Source of the DNA: Candidatus Doudnabacteria bacterium RIFCSPHIGHO2_01_FULL_46_24
GTDB taxonomy: Bacteria; Patescibacteriota; Doudnabacteria; UBA920; O2-02-FULL-48-8
Reading direction: 5' to 3'
DNA length: 64,000 nucleotides
Assembly (NCBI GenBank): GCA_001777575.1
Contig: MFEL01000012.1
Location: 2,027 to 66,026, forward strand
This document shows, in pieces, positions 1 through 9,715 of the stretch; the first letter of the stretch is position 1, and every line of letters starts with the position of its first letter. A program made the translations under genes and the position numbers. The notes under the pieces were generated by a model, which was not told the origin of the DNA, did not search any database, and was given only the letters and a program-made list of their open reading frames with translations.

Positions 1-81
1 ATGGTACGACCCTTCACTGCCCTAAACTGATTTTTGACCCACTCTTTATGATTCATAACTCATTTAATTTTTATTGGCCAA

Positions 82-741
82 CTAGGTTTTATTTTGTTGG
101 TTTGGCGTTATTGCTCTAAGCAGCGCATCCGTCAATTGTATTGTTTGAGAAAATAGTTGCTCGCAATTGATAAGGTATTCATGGTCAATAATAATTCTCT
201 TGCCCTCGCTGTATCCTTCTGGTCTCAGCTCTTGTTTCGGTGGATCTCCAACCGGAATAAAACTGATCGCTGAATGAGCAAACAAGTTTCTAACTTTTCT
301 GACTTTATCTAAATTGATTAGTAACGCTTTGCAGTCTTTATCTCCAATTAATTTATGTTGTGTTGAAAGTTTTTTAAAAATTCTATACTTATCACTAAGG
401 CTCAAATCTTTTATTACTTCGTATAAAAATAGCGAAGAAAGATCGCTCACCTTTAAGTCACCTTTATCTTTATCAATCTTCAGAAGATGTTCCGGGAAAA
501 ATAAATGCTGAAGCAGCGAATCGAGCATTAGTTCAATCTGGATACATGCGGCCAACGTTCTCCCTCGAAGCTCTTTTATTTTTTTCTCTTGCTGTTGCCA
601 ATCTCTGTCCAAGCGTTCATCCACCATAACCTTTGCGCCGGGCGCTAATTCAATCCACCCATCCACAATAGGTGGTTGTGATTTCTTGTTATCATGAGAG
701 TTAGATTTTTTGTCCATTTTCGAGTAATTTTCGTTAGCCAA
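82..741 (-). CDS. HEPN-like (RxxxxH) putative RNase, defence-associated
   Basis: 219-aa helical ORF with an RNLFAH (R-x4-H) motif; starts 3 nt after the Shedu stop. Confidence 0.5.
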   Translation of the reverse strand: MANENYSKMDKKSNSHDNKKSQPPIVDGWIELAPGAKVMVDERLDRDWQQQEKKIKELRGRTLAACIQIELMLDSLLQHLFFPEHLLKIDKDKGDLKVSDLSSLFLYEVIKDLSLSDKYRIFKKLSTQHKLIGDKDCKALLINLDKVRKVRNLFAHSAISFIPVGDPPKQELRPEGYSEGKRIIIDHEYLINCEQLFSQTIQLTDALLRAITPNQQNKT

Positions 742-744
742 TTA

Positions 745-1902
745 TTATTCATAAGGACTAATTTTTACAAACGATTCTCCTCTATCAAGCAAGTCTGAAT
801 AAGTTAGAATTTCTATACCATGCAAAGAATGATTTAACTTACGCAATGCTTCTTTTTTATATACATTCCAACCCTTGCTTTGTCCAATCAATATAAAAGC
901 CCTCGGTTTAAGCATTAAGCACTCTTTCTCATAAACTCTTTTGATCTCATTTTGGATCTCGAACCTTTGCCTATCTATTTCTCCAAGGTAATTTACCACT
1001 TGTCCAATTGCTTGATTTGCTTCTTTAGACCAAATCCAAGACCCGGGATGGCCTGAGTCTTCTTCCACAATTTCGGGTATCGGTAATTTAATCTCTAAGA
1101 TATCAACAAACCCATCCAATGTCGGAAATAAATAATCCGGCATTATTCCTGTGATATTTATTTTTTGCTTTTCGATAGGCGTCTCGTAATTAATCCCGAA
1201 CAACCAATTATGTTTATAGATCCACTTTTGCCAAAAATCATCTCCGGCTGTTTCAGAAAAAGTACTGTTACTAAGGCGATTCTTTAATTCATCAATAACC
1301 TTTTTCCTATGAACTTGCAATCTACCGGCAGAAAGCCTCTCAGTTAATTCAGGATCTTTGGTATTTGCTAGATCCCAAAATTCCTGTGAAAATCCTTTAT
1401 CTAATAATTGCTCTATTACGGCTTTTTTGTTTTCGTCATCAACCAATATAACTCTATTTTTATCTACAATTGTTGGCGTACTAATGCTTTGCAGCTTCTG
1501 TATTAATTCGTTCTTTGTTTCTGGGTTAAGGCTAGAGAAAATCTCGTCACCTGATGAACCAGCTATAACATCTTTTTTATCACTCTCTGAATAATGCTTT
1601 AACTTCCGAGCCAGAAATGCTTGAGTTCTGTTTTTTCCACTTTGAGCAATATTCTTACAAAAATCTTGGTAAACTTTTAAATTTATTACTAACTTATTAT
1701 CTTCCTGATAAAAATCGGCAGTCTCTGTTAATGTAAGAAAAATTTCTTTTCCCTGGTTATCTTCAAGATAGTGCGATAGACTAAGGTGGTAGTCAAAAGT
1801 CTTACTGAGATGTCCAGTATATTCTCTAATATCAAAATCGAAGAGTAGTTGTGTGTTGTTCTTCTTGTATCTTTTGAAAAAGGTAAACTTTGAAAAATCC
1901 AT
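745..1902 (-). CDS. sduA: Shedu anti-phage nuclease (DUF4263)
   Basis: C-terminal motifs WQKWIYKHNWLFG, PDYL..DGFVDILEIKLP, AIGQVVNY, PRAFILIG and ILTYSDLL typical of DUF4263. Confidence 0.85.
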   Translation of the reverse strand: MDFSKFTFFKRYKKNNTQLLFDFDIREYTGHLSKTFDYHLSLSHYLEDNQGKEIFLTLTETADFYQEDNKLVINLKVYQDFCKNIAQSGKNRTQAFLARKLKHYSESDKKDVIAGSSGDEIFSSLNPETKNELIQKLQSISTPTIVDKNRVILVDDENKKAVIEQLLDKGFSQEFWDLANTKDPELTERLSAGRLQVHRKKVIDELKNRLSNSTFSETAGDDFWQKWIYKHNWLFGINYETPIEKQKINITGIMPDYLFPTLDGFVDILEIKLPIPEIVEEDSGHPGSWIWSKEANQAIGQVVNYLGEIDRQRFEIQNEIKRVYEKECLMLKPRAFILIGQSKGWNVYKKEALRKLNHSLHGIEILTYSDLLDRGESFVKISPYE

Positions 1903-1906
1903 AAAG

Positions 1907-3331
1907 TTATAAAATATCTCTTATGCCTACAATACTGCTTCTGATTTTTCCTTCATTCTGTTCAATCGCTTGAATCAACTGCTCAGGTGATTTATTTGAT
2001 GTCTCGTCTTTACGATTTGGATTCTTGAAATCCAAATTAAAATTTCGTCCGCGGATTTGGTCTATACCCACTTTCCAGGCAAACTCATTTTCTGTCCGTT
2101 TATGCCACCATTTTTTGACTGGTTCAAATTCGGCATCAGTAATGCCGCGATTCTTCGTATATTGCTTCAGCCCTGCAGGCAATGGCAATTCGTAATACCA
2201 AACTTCCTTGGTCGGCTTGCCTTTGTCAAAAAAAACCAAATTAGTATTTACCCCAGCGTACGGGTTAAATACACCTTGCGGCAGACGCACTATTGTATGT
2301 AAATTATATTCTTCGAGCAATTTTTCTTTGATCCGGGACTTCACGCCTTCGCCAAATAGCGAACCATCCGGAAGTACGATGCCGCATCGGCCAGTTGGTT
2401 TGAGTAAGTGCATGAACAAAACTAAAAACAAATCAGCGGTTTCTTTGGTCCGGAAGGATTGCGGAAAATTATCCTCTGTTCCATCTTTCACGGATCCACC
2501 AAATGGCGGATTGGCAACAATCACGTCCACTCGATCTTTAGGCCCATAATCTCGAAGGGGCTTGGATAACATATCTCCCCTGCGGACCTGCTCTGGGATT
2601 TCTACACCATGCAAAATTAAATTGGTAATGGCCAGCAAATGCGGCAATGGTTTAAGCTCTACTCCTTGGACATTGGATTCCAAAGTTTGTTCTTGTTTTT
2701 TGGTTTTCACTTCAGCACTTCGGATGTGTTGCAAAGCGCTAACTAAGAAACCGCCAGTACCACAAGCTGGATCCAAAATTTTCTCGCCAAGCTTAGGATC
2801 CACCATTTGCACGATAAATTTAGTCAGCGGACGCGGCGTATAGAATTCACCTGCGTTGCCAGCGTTTTGTAATTCTTTGAGCAAATGTTCATAAATTTCA
2901 TTAAAGTGATGCCGATCGTCCTGACTGTTGAAATTAATTTCATTTAACTTATTCGCGACTTGCCGGATTAGTGTCCCAGACTTCATGTAATTATAACTAT
3001 CTTCAAACACTTCTCGGACAATCGCCCCGCGTTGATTGGCAGCAGAAATGGGCAGATCCTTCAACTGTTTGAAAAGTTTATTATTTATAAAATCCAAAAG
3101 CTCATCCCCGGTAATTCCTTCGGGATTAGCTGCCCAATTTCGCCAACGTAACTTTTCGGGAATTGGAGATTTATATTTCGGATCAATTAACTCGTATTCT
3201 TGCTCTTTATCGTCAAAAATCTTCAAAAAAAGCATCCAGACCAGTTGGGAAACCCTTTGGGCGTCGCCATCCACACCTGCGTCTTTGCGCATGATATCCT
3301 GAATTGACTTGATTACGTTTTGTAATGACAT
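1907..3331 (-). CDS. hsdM: Type I restriction-modification methyltransferase subunit
   Basis: GEFYTPR, DPACGTGGFL and NPPF motifs; N-terminal IQDIMRKDAGVDGDAQR. Confidence 0.95.
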   Translation of the reverse strand: MSLQNVIKSIQDIMRKDAGVDGDAQRVSQLVWMLFLKIFDDKEQEYELIDPKYKSPIPEKLRWRNWAANPEGITGDELLDFINNKLFKQLKDLPISAANQRGAIVREVFEDSYNYMKSGTLIRQVANKLNEINFNSQDDRHHFNEIYEHLLKELQNAGNAGEFYTPRPLTKFIVQMVDPKLGEKILDPACGTGGFLVSALQHIRSAEVKTKKQEQTLESNVQGVELKPLPHLLAITNLILHGVEIPEQVRRGDMLSKPLRDYGPKDRVDVIVANPPFGGSVKDGTEDNFPQSFRTKETADLFLVLFMHLLKPTGRCGIVLPDGSLFGEGVKSRIKEKLLEEYNLHTIVRLPQGVFNPYAGVNTNLVFFDKGKPTKEVWYYELPLPAGLKQYTKNRGITDAEFEPVKKWWHKRTENEFAWKVGIDQIRGRNFNLDFKNPNRKDETSNKSPEQLIQAIEQNEGKIRSSIVGIRDIL

Positions 3332-3334
3332 AGT

Positions 3335-5686
3335 TTAAACTTTATAAATTGAGGTCTCAATTTCCTTGATTGCGGACAAATATTTTTCTCGGCCACCGAA
3401 GATTATATTTACGATTTCATAAGGGGTACCGAATTTCGGAAAAGGTGAGACTTGTAAGTCATCAATGCTATCGATAGCGGTAATTCCCGCGTCAGCATAT
3501 TTTTCAATCAAGGCATCAATCACTTCTCGTGCCTTACCTTCATACTTAGCAAAATAATTTCTTTTTTTCACATTATCAGCTCTTTCTTTACGAGTCAGTG
3601 GCGGTTTACCAAAAGCTAAATGACAAACTAAATCGAAAGGATCCAGATCTTTTCCTATTTCCTTTTCTAATTCTTCAAAAATCACTCCTCGGGATTCAAG
3701 TTCGTTAATTATTGCTTCTTTTTTCTCGGCATTAGTCCAAGCTTTGAGAAAATCATCTAAAGATTTGTGTTCGCTCAAAATATTTTTCTTTGAATAATCT
3801 TTCAACGACTCAGTAATCAACTTGCCGTTTTCGTCCATATATTGGACGCGCTCATTAATAATCTTAACCGCAACGTTATTTACATAATATTTCTTTAGGT
3901 TTCCGCCCGGACCATCTATGATTATTATATCCGAACCTGAACCTTCAGTCGTTCCTGTGTCGTCAGGAGGGCCATCAGTCCCGGGTGGAGGATCTATAGG
4001 ATCATCGCCTTTTGGTTCATAAACTACAACCGGGTCACCATCGAAATCCGGATCGGAAAATAGTTCCGTCGCATTTCGAAAATCTAAAATTGTGAAATAA
4101 AACTTGTGATAATCCTCGCGAATCCGAGTACCGCGGCCAATGATTTGCTTGAATTCGGAAACAGAATTGATATTCGTATCCAGCACGATTAATTCGCAAG
4201 TTTGGGCATCGACTCCCGTAGTCATAAGCTTCGAGGTCACGGCAATCACCGGATAGACACTTTCTGGATCAATAAAATTATCCAACTCTTTTTTGCCTTC
4301 GTCGTTATCTCCAGTGATTCGAACGACATAACGGCGATTTTCTGCAACCAATTCAGAATTTTGATTTACTAACGCTTGGCGCATGCGCTCGGCGTGATCA
4401 ATATCTACACAAAATACAATGGTTTTTTGGTACGGGTTCGTACTCTTTAGATATTCGCTGATTTTACTCGCGACTAGCTGCGTTCGCTCATCAATGACTA
4501 AATTGCGGTCATAGTCCTTAGCGTTATAAATCCGATCCGGAACTTCATTACCATATTTATCGGTTTTGCCAATTTCTGGACGATATCCTTCGACGTCGCG
4601 ATCAAGAGTTAAACGGATCACTTTATATGGCGCCAAAAACCCATCTTCAATTCCTTGTTTCAAAGAATATGTATAAATCGACTCACCAAAATAACTTTGA
4701 GTTGAGATGTCCTTGGTTTCTTTCGGAGTGGCAGTCAAGCCAATTTGAGTGGCACTCTTGTAATAATCCAAGATTTCACGCCAAGCCGAATTATCTTTCG
4801 CGCTCCCTCGATGACATTCATCCACAATGACTAAATCAAAAAAATCTGGAGAAAATTGCTTGAAAATATTATTTTCTTCTTCGGTTCCAGTTAACCCCTG
4901 GTAAAGCGCTAAATAAATTTCGTATGCTTTATCGACGTTGCGGTGTTCAATCTTAACCATCTTATCGCCAAAGGGTACAAAGTCGTTATTTCTAGTTTGG
5001 TTCGCCAGAATATTACGATCAACCAAGAACAAAATCCGTTTTTTGGTTTTGGATTTCCATAACCGCCAAATGATTTGAAACGCGGTGTATGTTTTACCTG
5101 TACCTGTAGCCATGACTAATAATAATCGCTTTTGACCTTTGGCTACAGCTTCGACGGCTCGATTAATTGCAACTCTTTGGAAATAACGAGGCTCCTTGCC
5201 TCCTACTTCTTGATAATAGTCCTGGTCAATTATTTGCCCAATACGTTCATTAATATTTTTTGCTTTTTTGTATCGCTCATATAACTCAGTTGGAGACGGA
5301 AACGATTCAAGACTAATTTCATTCTCAATTTTCCCCTTTGTTATTGTACGATCATGTTCTAAAAACGCTTTACCGTTTGAACTATAGACAAATGGAATAT
5401 CAAGTGCTTCGGCGTAAGCTAAGCCTTGTTGCATTCCATCACCCACTGAATGATCTGGGTCTTTGGTTTCGATAAGGGCTAGTGGTAAATCATTTTTGTA
5501 ATAAAGAATAACGTCAACACGCTTGCCTTCACCCCGCTTAACTGTTTTTCCATGAACAATAATTCGGCCCGCGGTAAAATAATACTGCTCACGTATCTGT
5601 GTTTGCAGGTCCCATCCCGCAGTGGTAACAGCGGGGATAATAAATTTAGTGCTGATATCTTGTTCAGTTAGGTATGCTTTTCGCAT
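3335..5686 (-). CDS. hsdR: Type I restriction endonuclease subunit R (EcoEI/EcoAI-like)
   Basis: MATGTGKT, DECHRGSA, GLTATP, TTGVDA and QIIGRGTR helicase motifs; N-terminal D..IETK nuclease motif. Confidence 0.95.
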   Translation of the reverse strand: MRKAYLTEQDISTKFIIPAVTTAGWDLQTQIREQYYFTAGRIIVHGKTVKRGEGKRVDVILYYKNDLPLALIETKDPDHSVGDGMQQGLAYAEALDIPFVYSSNGKAFLEHDRTITKGKIENEISLESFPSPTELYERYKKAKNINERIGQIIDQDYYQEVGGKEPRYFQRVAINRAVEAVAKGQKRLLLVMATGTGKTYTAFQIIWRLWKSKTKKRILFLVDRNILANQTRNNDFVPFGDKMVKIEHRNVDKAYEIYLALYQGLTGTEEENNIFKQFSPDFFDLVIVDECHRGSAKDNSAWREILDYYKSATQIGLTATPKETKDISTQSYFGESIYTYSLKQGIEDGFLAPYKVIRLTLDRDVEGYRPEIGKTDKYGNEVPDRIYNAKDYDRNLVIDERTQLVASKISEYLKSTNPYQKTIVFCVDIDHAERMRQALVNQNSELVAENRRYVVRITGDNDEGKKELDNFIDPESVYPVIAVTSKLMTTGVDAQTCELIVLDTNINSVSEFKQIIGRGTRIREDYHKFYFTILDFRNATELFSDPDFDGDPVVVYEPKGDDPIDPPPGTDGPPDDTGTTEGSGSDIIIIDGPGGNLKKYYVNNVAVKIINERVQYMDENGKLITESLKDYSKKNILSEHKSLDDFLKAWTNAEKKEAIINELESRGVIFEELEKEIGKDLDPFDLVCHLAFGKPPLTRKERADNVKKRNYFAKYEGKAREVIDALIEKYADAGITAIDSIDDLQVSPFPKFGTPYEIVNIIFGGREKYLSAIKEIETSIYKV

Positions 5687-5907
5687 AAAAAATTGAGCTT
5701 AAACTTTTCTACTTCCAACGCGCCACTCGACTGGCGCATTGGAGGACTTGCTGGGAAGCAGGTCTTTTTGCCTGGGATAATTCCGACGCCGATTGGCCAG
5801 CCTCGCCTAGCGAGTCTAGGCGGGCGGGTTCGGAGTATCTCGCCTTAGGCGAGATAAAAATTCAAGCTTTTTTTCGACTAAAAGTAAGCTAATAATGCCA
5901 CTTTTTG
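5684..5907. repeat. Copy A of duplicated leader upstream of hsdR (start-proximal segment + hairpin 5714-5743 + CTAATAATGCCACTTTTTG 5889-5907), interrupted by palindromic sequence
   Basis: Matches 6754-6841 in direct orientation. Confidence 0.8.
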
Positions 5908-5966
5908 CATAAATTTACTAGAACCTGACTATTGACATAAAAGTCTAGTTGGTATATGGTATATTT

Positions 5967-6032
5967 ACGGTATTCGAAAAAGGCGTCGGCTCTATTGGCC
6001 GATGGCCTTTTTCATTTTAGCCAAAAATCCGT
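5967..6032. ncRNA. Candidate DUF3800-associated structured RNA overlapping the 3' end of the gene
   Basis: Stem GAAAAAGGC-GTCGGC / GCCGAT-G-GCCTTTTTC (5976-6013) with outer ACGG/CCGT pairing; TTGACA-N17-TATGGT promoter-like sequence at 5932-5960 on +. Confidence 0.5.
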
Positions 6033-6756
6033 CCGGTTTATGATGATGTATATTAAATCCGTAATTTCGAAAATTTGAAGTTAATGTAGATACTCCCAAG
6101 TTCCTCTTGAATTGCTCTTTAAAATACATCTTGGCCTGCGAAGGCAAAGGGATTAATTTCTCATTTATCAAAAGCTCATAATTAATGCTGCCAACCAATA
6201 AATCTGTAAGTTGCAAAAGATCATTTGAACGCGAATCCAACCGGCAAACTCCGGCAATTGCCAATCTACTGAATTCATTATTTATTCTGTTTTTAATATT
6301 TACCTCAAACCTTGATCTTTTTGGACTTACTACGTTGTCAGCCAACACAGTCAAAACTTCATTTTTTCGTAGATTGCCTTTAATTAACTCCTGAGCAATT
6401 TGTTCGTATGCAAAAAATGGGTCGCTATGATAATTTTCTTTAAAATACTTGCTCCTCTTGTCAATACTATATGAGGAAAAATGAATGCTATGGGTAGCAA
6501 ATAATGCTGATAAAATTTCCAAAGCAACGGGTAGCTTTGCCTTATTTAGATCATTAAACTTTACTTCCCACCAAAATTGATTTTTCTCCCTGATGTACCG
6601 GATCTTCTGCTGTAAAAAGTAAGGCTGAGAAACTTTAACCATACCCACCGTAAAATATGGCTGAGATTTCTGATCCAGCGTACCTGATTCGTCCAAAAAA
6701 CAAAACGGCGTCCAAATTTGCCTGAAATCTTTAATCGTTAGATTATTTTCTGCCAT
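5992..6756 (-). CDS. DUF3800 domain protein
   Basis: N-terminal FLDESG and C-terminal DS..NDLLQLTDLLVG motifs. Confidence 0.8.
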   Translation of the reverse strand: MAENNLTIKDFRQIWTPFCFLDESGTLDQKSQPYFTVGMVKVSQPYFLQQKIRYIREKNQFWWEVKFNDLNKAKLPVALEILSALFATHSIHFSSYSIDKRSKYFKENYHSDPFFAYEQIAQELIKGNLRKNEVLTVLADNVVSPKRSRFEVNIKNRINNEFSRLAIAGVCRLDSRSNDLLQLTDLLVGSINYELLINEKLIPLPSQAKMYFKEQFKRNLGVSTLTSNFRNYGFNIHHHKPDGFLAKMKKAIGQ

Positions 6757-6841
6757 AAAAAATTGAGGTTAAACTACTCTAGTTTTCAACACGCCAGTCG
6801 AGTGGCGCGTTGGAAATATACTCTAATAATGCCACTTTTTG
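6754..6841. repeat. Copy B of duplicated leader, upstream of the DUF3800 gene
   Basis: cataaaaaattgaggttaaact..hairpin..ctaataatgccactttttg, similar to 5684-5907. Confidence 0.8.
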
Positions 6842-7040
6842 GGCAAAAATACAATTATAAACGCCCCACATAAGTGGAGCGCTGGATCGGCTTTCACAGG
6901 AAAACGAGATTAGGTTTTACTCGCAATCCGAAGATTGTTTCAGAATTCAAGTTCGGTGTTACATTCAAAATTGGATCCCGGATCGCCCTCCCTTGTGTTT
7001 AAGCTCTTGGGGTCGTGGCGTCCGGGATGGGGCCTGCGGG

Positions 7041-7799
7041 CTAATTCTTCGCCATATAAAACTTTCTCTGTTTTTCTGGGAATTTTTCGATGGCGTAGCG
7101 GAGCATGGTGCGGGGCATGATTTTGTAATGCTTTTTGAGGAATTTGATCTCTGTTGGCAGGGAGCGGTTGCCGACTTCGCGCAGCATCCAGCCTACGGCT
7201 TTATGGATGAGGTCGTGCTTGTCTTGCAGTAAAATTTCCGCGATTTCCAAAGTTTTGGCAAATTGATTTTGCTTGATGAAGTGGTAAGTGGCGATGATGG
7301 CAACCCGGCGCTCCCAGAGATTTTGGGATCTTGCCAGTTTGTTTAGAATTCCTGTCGGCTTGCCAAGCAAGTAAGCGCCCAAGATTTTGTCAGCGCTAAG
7401 ATCAACTAAATCCCAGTTGTTCACGCGATCGATATGGTCCAAGTAAAATTTATAGATTCTAGTTTTTTGGCTTTGCTCGCCGCGATTGAATTGAATGACC
7501 AAGATCAAAAACCCAATCTGCCGCTCCTCGTGGATTTTTGACTTAAGCAGCGTTTCGATCTCGCGAAAACCAAGATGCGAATACTTTTTTGCCAAGAGGC
7601 GCTGAGTGGCAGAATTGAGGCCCACAAATTGATCGCCATAACCGTATTGGCCTTTTCCGGTTTTAAAAAACCATTGCGAGCTTGTGGCTCGCTTTGGGTC
7701 AGCCAACTTTTTAATATCTTTAGTTAAAGATTTAAGCGAAGGATTGTAAGTGATTATACTAAGGCCGGATATTAAATGGCTTTTTATTGGCTTCCACAA
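7041..7799 (-). CDS. DNA alkylation repair protein (AlkD-like); true start uncertain
   Basis: FFKTGKGQYGYGD, NNWDLVD, NLWERR and HDLIHKAVGWMLREVG motifs. Confidence 0.85.
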   Translation of the reverse strand: MWKPIKSHLISGLSIITYNPSLKSLTKDIKKLADPKRATSSQWFFKTGKGQYGYGDQFVGLNSATQRLLAKKYSHLGFREIETLLKSKIHEERQIGFLILVIQFNRGEQSQKTRIYKFYLDHIDRVNNWDLVDLSADKILGAYLLGKPTGILNKLARSQNLWERRVAIIATYHFIKQNQFAKTLEIAEILLQDKHDLIHKAVGWMLREVGNRSLPTEIKFLKKHYKIMPRTMLRYAIEKFPEKQRKFYMAKN

Positions 7800-8052
7800 G
7801 TATTTTAAGTGTCGCCTGCACCGAAAGGTTATCGCTCGACAAAAGTACCAGACGTTCGCCTAGTTGGTTTAACAATGGACTTAAGAATTCATCAGCCCAT
7901 GATGGCGACAATGTTAAGACGCCAGAAAAATCAACATCCAATGATTCATCAGGGCGAATTTCCCGTAAAGTAGGCTGAAAAGCCTTAAAAGCCTCACTGC
8001 CCAATTCCCGAGATATTAAAGTTTTTCCAAATTTTTCTAACTCTAACTTCAT
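7759..8052 (-). CDS. STAS-like domain protein (DUF4325)
   Basis: L.SRELG..A, VDFSGV..LSPSWADE pattern. Confidence 0.75.
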   Translation of the reverse strand: MKLELEKFGKTLISRELGSEAFKAFQPTLREIRPDESLDVDFSGVLTLSPSWADEFLSPLLNQLGERLVLLSSDNLSVQATLKILVEANKKPFNIRP

Positions 8053-8072
8053 AAATGTTTATAAAATATTAA

Positions 8073-8801
8073 TTAAAATTCTATTTTTGCTAAACACCCT
8101 CTCGGGTTGTTTTGGCCACGAGTAACCTGAAACACCTTATCAGAACCCTGCATTCTCACTTCCGCATCCCCGCTGGTAAAAAACAGGTCAATGGGTTGGC
8201 TGAGAACAATTTCGCGAACAGATTTAAGTCCATTTCCTCGTTTCTCTGGCGCGCGACCTGATATGAATTCGGTAAACGCAACCTGGACCGCGGTAACATG
8301 ATTCGGAAGGTCGGGACGAACTTGCCTTAATGTCTCTAAGATGCCTAAACCCCGATCGGCAAGAACAATAATTCTTTTTTGAAGATCATACCCAAAAAAA
8401 ATTCCGGGCGTATCTGGCCACTTGCCTAAATTATGAGCAAAAGAATTATCGCCAATCTCTCCTGTAACTAAGACGATCAAGGAATACAATTTCTCAAATC
8501 CTGGTTTTTGCACCAATTCGTATTCCATTTTAGAAAGCTTGGCATTAAAAATTGAGCTTGTCTGGCAATAGAACTTGCCAGGGAATTCAGAATTATTTTG
8601 TGTCCATTCCGAGGCAAATTTAAAAAGATCGCTCGAAAAAATTTCAAGATCTTTTTCCCGGTAATACCTGTGCTTCCCGCCTTCTTTTCGAATCGCAATT
8701 AACTTACCACTTTCGTCCCATCGACGCAGTGTATTTTGAGAAACCCCTAAATATCGGGCGGCTTGGCTTATAGTGAGTAATCTTTCATCATCCATGGCCA
8801 T
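8073..8801 (-). CDS. MerR-type HTH fused to a histidine-kinase-like ATPase domain
   Basis: LTISQAARYLGVSQNTLRRWD HTH; E..DN..AH, DRGLGI and RGNGL boxes. Confidence 0.8.
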   Translation of the reverse strand: MAMDDERLLTISQAARYLGVSQNTLRRWDESGKLIAIRKEGGKHRYYREKDLEIFSSDLFKFASEWTQNNSEFPGKFYCQTSSIFNAKLSKMEYELVQKPGFEKLYSLIVLVTGEIGDNSFAHNLGKWPDTPGIFFGYDLQKRIIVLADRGLGILETLRQVRPDLPNHVTAVQVAFTEFISGRAPEKRGNGLKSVREIVLSQPIDLFFTSGDAEVRMQGSDKVFQVTRGQNNPRGCLAKIEF

Positions 8802-8818
8802 ATCTTAACATAATCCCT

Positions 8819-8867
8819 AAATCTACACAATATCAATCCAAATCTACCCAAAAGTAGCTAAATCTAC
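8819..8867. promoter_or_regulatory. Three AAATCTAC direct repeats, putative operator
   Basis: Copies at 8819, 8840 and 8860 (spacing 21 and 20 bp), just upstream of the HTH gene. Confidence 0.5.
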
Positions 8868-8927
8868 CATAATAATAGGGAATAAACACCCCATACGGGT
8901 GTGAGGTTTTAAATCCTTATATAAAAC

Positions 8928-8956
8928 CTAAAGCCCCGCATATTGCGGGGCTTTAG
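8928..8956. terminator. Intrinsic terminator-like hairpin
   Basis: ctaaagccccgca-tat-tgcggggctttag. Confidence 0.6.
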
Positions 8957-9123
8957 CAAAAGTGCGCTATTCCCATGTAGTGTTTTGATTATTCTCTTAA
9001 TTCTCTCCTCAAGACTTAACCGTCTTTTTGGTTTTGCTACAGGGAATGGCCCACTTGCGGCACATCCTGTTGCATCCTGACATCTCTCCTTTCACCTTAA
9101 GTCTATACCCTATTCTAGGCTTG

Positions 9124-9501
9124 TCAAGCTTTTCTTTTGGCTTCCGCCTCACGGACCTCTTCCTCGTCCATGCCAAAATGGTGGGCTATTTCGTGCCAAA
9201 CCGTGTTTTTGACTATTTCCTGCATGTCTTCTGGATTTCTGGCCGCTTGCTCAATGGGCCGCTGAAAAATTGTGATCTTGTCCGGCAACACGCCACCGTA
9301 ATACGGCCCGCGCTTGCCTTGCGGCACGCCTTCATAAAGGCCAAACAAAGTCCAGCCGTGCCGCAGGCGGAGCTTAACTGCCTGCTCGGCGCTGGGCTTA
9401 TCTTCTATGACAATGGCAACATTGTCCAAGAGCTCCAAAAATTTCGGCGGAATCGCTTCAATCCCCTCGGCCACCAATTGTTCAAATTCGTCCTTGGTCA
9501 T
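9124..9501 (-). CDS. Zincin-like metallopeptidase (DUF1025 type)
   Basis: LFGLYEGVP, PDKITIFQRP and HEIAHHFG motifs. Confidence 0.9.
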   Translation of the reverse strand: MTKDEFEQLVAEGIEAIPPKFLELLDNVAIVIEDKPSAEQAVKLRLRHGWTLFGLYEGVPQGKRGPYYGGVLPDKITIFQRPIEQAARNPEDMQEIVKNTVWHEIAHHFGMDEEEVREAEAKRKA

Positions 9502-9568
9502 TATGTCTTACATTTTAACATATCATTAACTTTTGCTAGAATAATTTTATCCACCAAGGAGGCTTGCC

Positions 9569-9715
9569 ATGAACGCCCAGAATGCCAGGGTTATCGAAAC
9601 CATCAACGAGGCGCTCACAAAAAACAGGCGACGGATAATCGAGCGTCACGCTATCGAGATCGTGATCATCATCGTTTCCCTCGCCATGGCTTTAGTTTTA
9701 GTCTTCCACTCCTAA
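9569..9715 (+). CDS. Small 48-aa protein with C-terminal TM helix (absent from the ORF track)
   Basis: AAGGAGG RBS and TGcTAGAAT extended -10 upstream; MNAQNARVIETINEALTKNRRRIIERHAIEIVIIIVSLAMALVLVFHS. Confidence 0.6.
   Translation: MNAQNARVIETINEALTKNRRRIIERHAIEIVIIIVSLAMALVLVFHS

Noticed and set aside
1-56. Partial ORF as hsdS
   Set aside because: Only 18 codons are visible and they carry no diagnostic motif
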